Source of the DNA: Hyaloraphidium curvatum SAG 235-1
Lineage: Eukaryota > Fungi > Monoblepharomycota
DNA length: 64,000 nt
NCBI GenBank assembly: GCA_025558095.1
Contig: JAIVFI010000011.1
Coordinates: 186,001 to 250,000, forward strand
Direction: 5' to 3'
Below are positions 56,941 to 64,000 of this stretch, one piece after another; position 1 is the first letter of the stretch, and each line of letters starts with the position of its first letter. The translations under genes were made by a program, and so were the position numbers. The notes under the pieces are model-generated. The model was not told the DNA's origin. It ran no database searches and worked only from the letters and a program-made list of their open reading frames with translations.

Positions 56941-59900
56941 CTAACCCTCGATCACAGCCTGGTCGGCCGCCGCCGACGCCGACAGAGATTCCTTGGGCTC
57001 CCCGCCCGTCTCGTCCACCTCCATGCTAACCATCTTTTCGGCCGGTGCAGCCGCCGTCTGCTCCACCAGTGCAACCGAGATCTCCGTTCCACCGTTCGCG
57101 ACCGCCGCCTCAGGCCCGGGGACCCCGGCTGGCTTAGGCGGGGGCGCGCTGTCCGCCGGCTCCTCCACCTTGCCCGCGGTGTCCGACCTCGTCGAATTGC
57201 CCTGCATCGCCGTTGCGCTCGATGCACTCCGCGGCGAACCCGAGTCCCTCCCCGCCGCGCCGACGGATTGCTGTACGGCCGGCTGGAACGGGCCTGCCAC
57301 GATCGGCGGCAAGCTGACCGACACCGGCTGGCCGAGCTGCGCCGGGGCCTGGAACCACATGTTGAACGTCGAGTTGGCCGTCGAGGGGGTTGAAGCTGGC
57401 GAATCCTTGCCACTCTGCTGTCCTGCCTGCGGGGGAGCACCGCCGTAGAAGCTGATGGGGGCCCGCACGGGAGAGCCGGTCGGGATCACGATCGCGGGGA
57501 GCGAAACGTGCGCGCCCGACACCCAAGGCACATAGATCTGGTCGGGTCGGCCGGGTGCCGGAGCGCCGGGGAACGAGGGCTTGTAGGAAGAGTGTCCATG
57601 CACGACCGCGGCAGAGGTGTCCACGGTCGGCATGGGCAGACGGGCATGCTGCGCGAGCGGTCCTCCGGGCCCTGCCAACGGGGAGCTCTTGGCCGGGGTG
57701 TGCGAGGGCCGCTTGTGGCGGTGCTGGTTTGGAGAAGATCGCGAGGAAGGATGGCCGTCCGAGGGGCGGGAAGAAGTCTTGGCGCCGTGCTCACCGGCGA
57801 CCTGCGGAGGCCGCGGCGACTTGGGCCTCTTCTTCTTCTCCACCGGCGCCGTCCGTAGCGAGACGAGCGTCGCAACAATGTCGAAGCCCTCGCCCTGGGT
57901 GCTTGCGCGGCTACCGGGCCGGGCGATGGGTGCCGCCTGGTCCGCAAACTCCTCCTCAGGCTCCATGTGACGCGGGAGGTGCGGCCGGTGGTGGTGGTGC
58001 TTGCGCTTCTTGCTCGGCGCCGGGTACTGCAGGTCCACCTGGGCCGAGTGTCGCTTGGGGGGCGGCGGGACCTCGTCCATCTCGGCATCCGGATCCATCT
58101 CCTCCTGCTCGGCAAACTGCTCGTCCTCCTCTTCCTCCTCGTAGTACTCGCCTTCTTCCATGTCCCACTCCCCCTCGTCCTCGTCGTACTCCTGCCCGCG
58201 CGGCTGGGAGCGGTGCTGGCGCAACTCGTGCCGGGACGATCCGTGCCGCGGCTCCGGCTCGGGCTGCAGGATCCTGCTCTCCATGGCCGCGCGCTGCCGC
58301 TCCGACGTCCTGCGCCCGCCGCCCATGCCCATGCCGAACGCCGAAGGGTTGACGGCGCTCCGCGAGAGGGCGTTCATCCGGAGGAGCACCTCGTCGAGCG
58401 GCGCTTCGGTCTTGCGGCGCGGAGGTAGGCGATCCGTGGGTTCTTTGGGAGGAGGCGGTGGGTGCACGGGCAAGGAGATTGAGGGCGCCCTGCTGCGCGA
58501 CGTCCCGGGCATCGGCTCGGACGATGCGCTCGGCGGGGTCGGCGCGTCCCTGACGGTCTCCTTGAGAGAAACGCTGCTGCTCCGCCGCAGTGCAGGAGGC
58601 GGCACCGAAGGCTTCGAATTGGCACGCGGCCTGGCCTGCTGCGCGCCGCCGGCCGCCGGCTCCTGGTCCACGACGGGTCTGGCAACTTCCTGGGTCGCAG
58701 CCGCGGGTTTCGTGCCCTTGGCGTGCGACGACGACGCAATCGATGCCCTGCGCTCGGATCGCTGCAAGGGAGGCCGCGGCTCGGGCCTGGATTGCGCGGG
58801 CTCCGTCTTGATCTCGGATGGACTGCGGAAGCAGAATGTCGGACAGATCAACGACCATGCCTCGCGGATCAAACACGATCGACGCCCACCTTTCGCGTGT
58901 CCGCTCCGCGCAATCGCCCGCCGCGCTCCCGTCCGCTTGTTGCCCCGCGGCGGCCGCCGCCCGCTCCGCCTCCTCCTCCTCCTGGTGCTGCCTCTCGTGA
59001 GACTTGAGCTGCCCGCGGCTGTAGAACCACTTGTCGCACCCCGGGTACCGGCACCGCGGGAAGTCGTCGAGCGTCATCAGGTCCTCGACCTCGGTCCGCC
59101 GGCGCTTGTCCCGCTCCTCGGGCGACATGGACCGATTGGGCCGCTCGCCGAAGGACCACGAGGCCGACACGCCCCTGCCGTCCGCGGCCCGCGCCGCGCG
59201 CGTGCCAGCACGGCGCGCTGAAGACGCGGCGTCACCAGCTGCCCCGTCCAAGGAACGCGCCGAATCGGCCTCGCTCTCTGATGCCGCCTCGGCCTTGGCA
59301 CGCGCCGCGGGCTCGGGCCGCACCCCGCCCTTGACCTTCTTCTTGGGCTGCGGTCTGGGCGCGGGTTCCGCTTCCGCAGGCGGGTCCGCCGCCGGCGCGG
59401 GTGCAGCATCCTCGGGAGCGGGCGACGCCTCGGAGGCATCCGCGGCCGCTTCCTCGCGCTTGGCCTCGAACTCGTCCTCGACCTGGGGCGATTCCTCCTT
59501 CTTTTCCGGCTTGGCCTTGGGCGGCTCCGGATCGGTGTCGATCCCGTGCGCCGACTTCATGTGCGACCGCAGCTGCCCCTTGGTGTAGAACCAGCGGTTG
59601 CACTTTGGGAAGCTGCACAGCGGGTACGTCGCCACGCCGTTGACCAGCAGCGTGCCCTCCTTGTTGGGCTGCTCGAAGACCACCTTCTTGTCCTCAGAGT
59701 CGGAGGCGTCGCCGGCCACCGAAGCGCGGCGCTGCTGCTTGGAGGGCGCGGGAGAGGGCCGCTCGGCGGGCGGGTCCGCGGGCGCCTTGCCCTTGTCCTT
59801 CTTGCCGCCCTCCTTCTTTGCCTCCGCGTCCTTTGCAGCCGCCGGCTTCTCCTTGTCCTTTGCCGGCGCCGGCTTGTCCTTCTCCTTGGCCTGCGCCGGC

Positions 59901-62454
59901 GCGGGCGGCGCGGCCCCGGAATGCCGCGCCTTGACAACTTCCTCGATCCCCTGCCCCCTGGCCCTCCTCGCCCTCCCTTGCTCCGGCTCCTGTTCCTCCT
60001 CCTCCTGTGCCTCCTCCTCGTGCGAGGCCAGGTGCGTGCGGAGCTGCCCCTTGCCGTAGAACCACTTGGGGCACCCGGCCACCGTGCAGCGGTACACCTG
60101 CATCAGCCCCATCCCGCCCGCGAACTCGTCCGCGAACCGGGGCTTGGCGGGCTGCGCAGGGGCAGCGGGAGGGGGTGCGGGCGGCGCGGCGCCGTCGGAG
60201 CGTGAGCGGGCGTGGGAGGGCTTGGGCTTTTCGCCAGCGGGGGTTGCGGGCTTCTTGGGCTGCGGGGGGGGAGGCGCGTCGCCGCCGGATTCCGAGGGCG
60301 GCGTCGCGGCGCGCTTCTTGGGGGCCGGCTTCTTGGGCCTGTCCTTGTCCTTGTCCTTTTCCCTGTCCTTGGGCTTGGGCTGATCCGGCTTGTCCTTGTC
60401 CGGTGGCGCCGGCGCCGGCTTCCCTGACGGCGCGGCCGGCGCCGACTCCCTCCTCCTGTGCGCTTTGGGCGCCCCGCCCCTCAGATGCGCCCTCTTCCTC
60501 TCCTTGAGCCCTGCATCGCCAAGGATCAGCCCTGATCATCCCCCGCAAGCGCGCAAAAGGCACTCACCGCACGCATTGCACAGGTAGTTCCTCCCGTCCA
60601 CCGTCCTCCTCCATGCCGGCGTGTGCGCCGTCCCGCACACGTGGCACCGCACCCCCGCGCGGCCCCTCCGCCCGCCGGGATCGTCGTCCCCGCTCCCGCC
60701 GCCGTCCTCGCCCCCCGATCCGCCGTCGGACTCGTCCGCGTCGCGCGAGGGGGGCTCAGAGGCGTCGTCGGCGTCGCCCGAGCCGGAGCCGGAGGGGGTG
60801 CCGGCGCCGGTGGGGGTGCCGCCCTCGGAGCCGGCGGCGCGGCGGCCGCGCGTGCTGCGGGAGGCGTCGCCGGCGGCGTCGGAGGGAGGGGGGGTGCGGC
60901 GGCGCTTGCCGAGCACGGATTCGTAGCCAGAATCACCCCGCGGGGGCGGTGGTCGGGGAGTCGGGGGGGAGAGGATGTCCGAGTCGTCCGGGACCGAGTC
61001 CAAGGGGGTGAACGGGAGCAAGGAGGGTGGGAGGGCGTGCGGGATGTACGGCCATCGTCGGTAAACACGGCCAGCAACCTGGATCGGGGGTGGATCAGCG
61101 GCCGGCCGGCGGGAGGGATCGGATTGGCGCACCTCCGAGGCGGGCACAGCGTCGTCCTCGTCCGCGGGGTCGTCGGGGTGCCACGGGACCGCGACGAAGC
61201 CGGGGCGGTTAAGCAGTGACCGCAGTCGGAATTTCTGCGCCGCGAGGGGTCAGATCGGATGGCCGGGAACCTCGGCGTGGAGCCCACCTTGCCGACCAGC
61301 ACCGGCGCGCCGCCATCCATCCTGATCCCCGACACCAGCAGGCACGCGTGCTCCGTCATCTCGCCCGCGGCGGCGGCCGCGGGCTCCAGGAGGCGCACGG
61401 CGTCGCCCACGCGCACGGATTCGGGGCCCAGGACGAGGCCGTCGGGGCTGCGGGGGCGGGGATCAGCGCGGATCGGCGGCGCGGATCGGGGGACCCACCT
61501 CGCCGGAGACGGCGATCCCGGGTCGGATGGGACAAAGGAAAAGTATTCCCGCCGTGCCAGGCGTGCGGCGACGCCGGGGTCGGCCTGGGCGGGGGAGGGA
61601 GGGGGGTAGTGCAAGAAGGGCAGGACGCGGTGCTCGGGCACGCCCGCGACGGCGCCCACGGGCCCGCCGTCCGCGCCGGCGAGGGAGTAGAGGTACCCGT
61701 CGCCGTCCGGGTCGGGCGATCGCGCGGCGACGACGAAGGGGGCGCGGGTGATCCCGCGGGGCAGGTGGGCCAGCCCGCGAACGGAGCCGAGCACGGCGTC
61801 CGAGGCCAGGCGGACGCCGCCGGCGCCGGTCTGCTCGAGGTGCAGCCAGACGAGGTCTCCGGGACGGAAGTCGGGTGCGCGGCCGCGCTCGGGGCGCGGC
61901 AGGGTGCGCGAGCGGAGGTCGGCCTCGGGGCCCAGCGCGGCGCGGGCGGCGTCCAGCGGGCGGATCGGGCGGCGGCGGCACGGCCTGCAGGCGCAGGCGC
62001 CGCGGGCGCCGCCAAAGAGCCACACGAGGTGCGGCCAGAACTCGTCCGGCGAGCGGAACTCTGACCGCGAGGGGTGGCCGGCGAGGTGTGCGGGGGCGTC
62101 GTCGGCCTTGCCGGCGCCGCGGGCGACGAGCGCGTAGCCGTGCGGCCACCGTGCGAGCCGCGGGTCGGTGCCGGCGGGGTTGGCGGCGGCCTCGGCGGGC
62201 GCGCTGCCCGCCCACGCAGCCATCTTCTCCGGCAGGCCGCCCGCGGCGTCGGCGTCGAGCAGCCGCCGCGGGTCGGCGGCGAAGGCGACGGCGGCCTCCG
62301 TCGGCAGGCCGCTCAGCCGCGCCAGGTCCCACAGGGCGGTCCACAGGGCGCCGAGCGCCGCCAGCCAGCGGTCGGTCTCGCGGGCCGGCGGGGGCGAGCC
62401 GATGCCGCCGCCCGGCGACCCGTCCGACAGCGGCGGGGGCTCCAGCGTGGCCAT
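56941..62454 (-). CDS. Large nuclear protein: Clr2 (cryptic loci regulator 2)-like N-terminus, BAH-like segment, GATA zinc finger and three dispersed C2H2 fingers, 5 exons
   Basis: Clr2 motif LARWPHGYAL...HLAGHPSRSEFRSPDEFWPHLVWL...CACRPC; FRPGDLVW; LGPESVRVGDAVRL; VAGRVY; GATA CHVCGTAHTPAWRRTVDGRNYLCNACGL; C-x4-C-x(K/R)WFYxxGQLxxH three times. Splicing at about 61287-61235, 61137-61079, 60566-60511 and 58889-58824 keeps the frame to TAG at 56941. Confidence 0.82.
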
Positions 62455-63121
62455 CGCCGTTCACGGGCGGCGGGGCGTGGGGCGGCGGAGTGGGCGGGGT
62501 TCCTGGATAAAATGGGGCGGTCAGAACGGCGGTCCCTCGTCGGCGGGCCGGCGGTCGGCGGAGTGGGCGCGGCTCCAAGCGCCCCCGGTCCCCCGCTCCC
62601 GGTGCGTGATTGGCCAGCTTAAACCGTTTTAACCCGTCCGGCACGGGAGGAGGCGGGGAGGCGCCGTCCGCCGGCGGACCCCGAGTCCGATGCGGCCCGG
62701 TTGATCAGGAAGCCGCGGCGCCGCGCCCCCCGGCGCCGCCCGCCGCCGCCCGCGCCGCCAAACAACTCACCTGCGTCGTCTCAGCAGAAGACATGCCGCG
62801 CCCGGCAGAGGGGCCGCCACCCGCGTCGTCGGGTCGGCTGCGGCGGGCGGTGTGACGCCCTCCCCGCGGCGCCCCCGCTGTCCGCCGGCGGCCCGCGGCG
62901 TGCGGAACCGGCTGGACGGAGCGACGGCGCTGGCGATTCGGAGGCCGCCCGCCGCTCCTCCCCGCGCCGTGGGCGGGAATCACTCGAACGTTGGAACCCT
63001 AGAAGATCCGCTAGGCGATCTCGAGCCGATTCGCGCCGAACCAGGATCGCGCAACGCCTCCTACCGAAAACTCTAAGCTCGCACCCGAAGCAACCTTTGC
63101 CTCCCGCCCCTCCTGCCCACG

Positions 63122-63777
63122 ATGAGCGTGGTCACGGACGAAAAACACCAGCTTGGCCGCACCGACTCGTCCTCCGCCGCACCGGCGCTGCCCGAGGGCG
63201 CCCGGCGGTGGCTTGTCTGCCTCGACGGCTCCGAGCTCTCCGAAAAGGCGTTCTCATATGCCGCAAGCAAGCTGGCCCGGAAAGGAGACCAGCGTGGGTT
63301 CCTACATCCAAATTCCCGACCCCGAGCTCATTTCGGCCCCCATTCAAGTGATCGCGCTCGCGGTGCTCCCCGACTCCAAGGTCGCCGAGGAGTTCCTCTC
63401 GGACGCCGCCACGGGCACGCACCAGCTCGACGACCACATGGAGCAGCTGGTCGCCTCGATGCGCGGGAAATGCGAGGCCGTGCTGGCCTCCTCGTTCGGT
63501 TCCGGATGGAAGGACGAGGTGCGTCACCATTTCCCGTTTCCTTCCTCCCGCCTCACGCGTTTCACCCGGGGAACAGATCGACCTCGTCCTCTCGGTCCGC
63601 GTCGGCGACCCCGGCCCCGTCATCTGCGACGCCGCGGGCGAGTACGGCGCCGACGGCGTGGTCTGCTCCTCCCGCGGGCTGTCGGGGTGGCAGCGGCTGA
63701 TGCTGGGCAGCGTGTCGACGTACCTGGTGCACCACGCGCCGAGGCCGGTGGTGGTGGTGCGGGAGGACATGTCGTGA
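63122..63777 (+). CDS. Universal stress protein (USP-A like), 3 exons
   Basis: RRWLVCLDGSELSEKAFSYA, VGDPGPVICD, VVCSSRGLSGWQRLMLGSVSTYLVHHAPRPVVVVR. Confidence 0.93.
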
Positions 63778-64000
63778 TACGGGGGGTGGGATCCGTGGCG
63801 GGGGTCGCGGCGTTGGAGGCGCTCGACCGGCGCCGCCCGATTCGCGGTACGCAGCCGCGGGATGGAACGGACCATTGCCCATGTTGCGATCGGATTGGTT
63901 CCGGGCCCCCGTTTGGAACTTCGGTCACGCCGGCCTGCGGAGGAGCCTGGGCCGACGACAGCTCTAGCTGCGAAACGTCTGTTTTTGGCGCTGGGGCCGC

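Overview
GC-rich, very gene-dense eukaryotic genomic DNA with short (about 40-65 nt) GT-AG introns and CTRAC-type branch points. The gene content (Zn2Cys6 transcription factor, Cbk1/Orb6 kinase, Clr2 domain) indicates a fungus; an early-diverging chytrid/monoblepharid-like lineage is my inference and is not demonstrated. I resolved about 33 protein-coding loci by manual splicing. Most are housekeeping or metabolic: NDR kinase, USPs, CobW/Zng1, Sec14, Vps51, Trm140/METTL2, SDRs, prefoldin-4, derlin, Pex11, a Baeyer-Villiger monooxygenase and an HSL-family esterase. The most notable locus is a 6-exon gene (31314-33305, minus) encoding SIM + NLS + HIRAN domain fused to a complete DNMT3-like C5 cytosine methyltransferase. 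DNMT3 is generally regarded as absent from fungi and I do not know this architecture. Also notable: a roughly 1,750-aa Clr2/BAH-like + GATA + 3x C2H2 chromatin protein (56941-62454); a disrupted NLS-bearing gene with 34-36-aa helical repeats (14641-16859); and several bacterial-looking enzymes that are HGT candidates. I could not support any rRNA, tRNA, CRISPR array or intact transposon. All family assignments come from motif recognition by eye, with no database searches.
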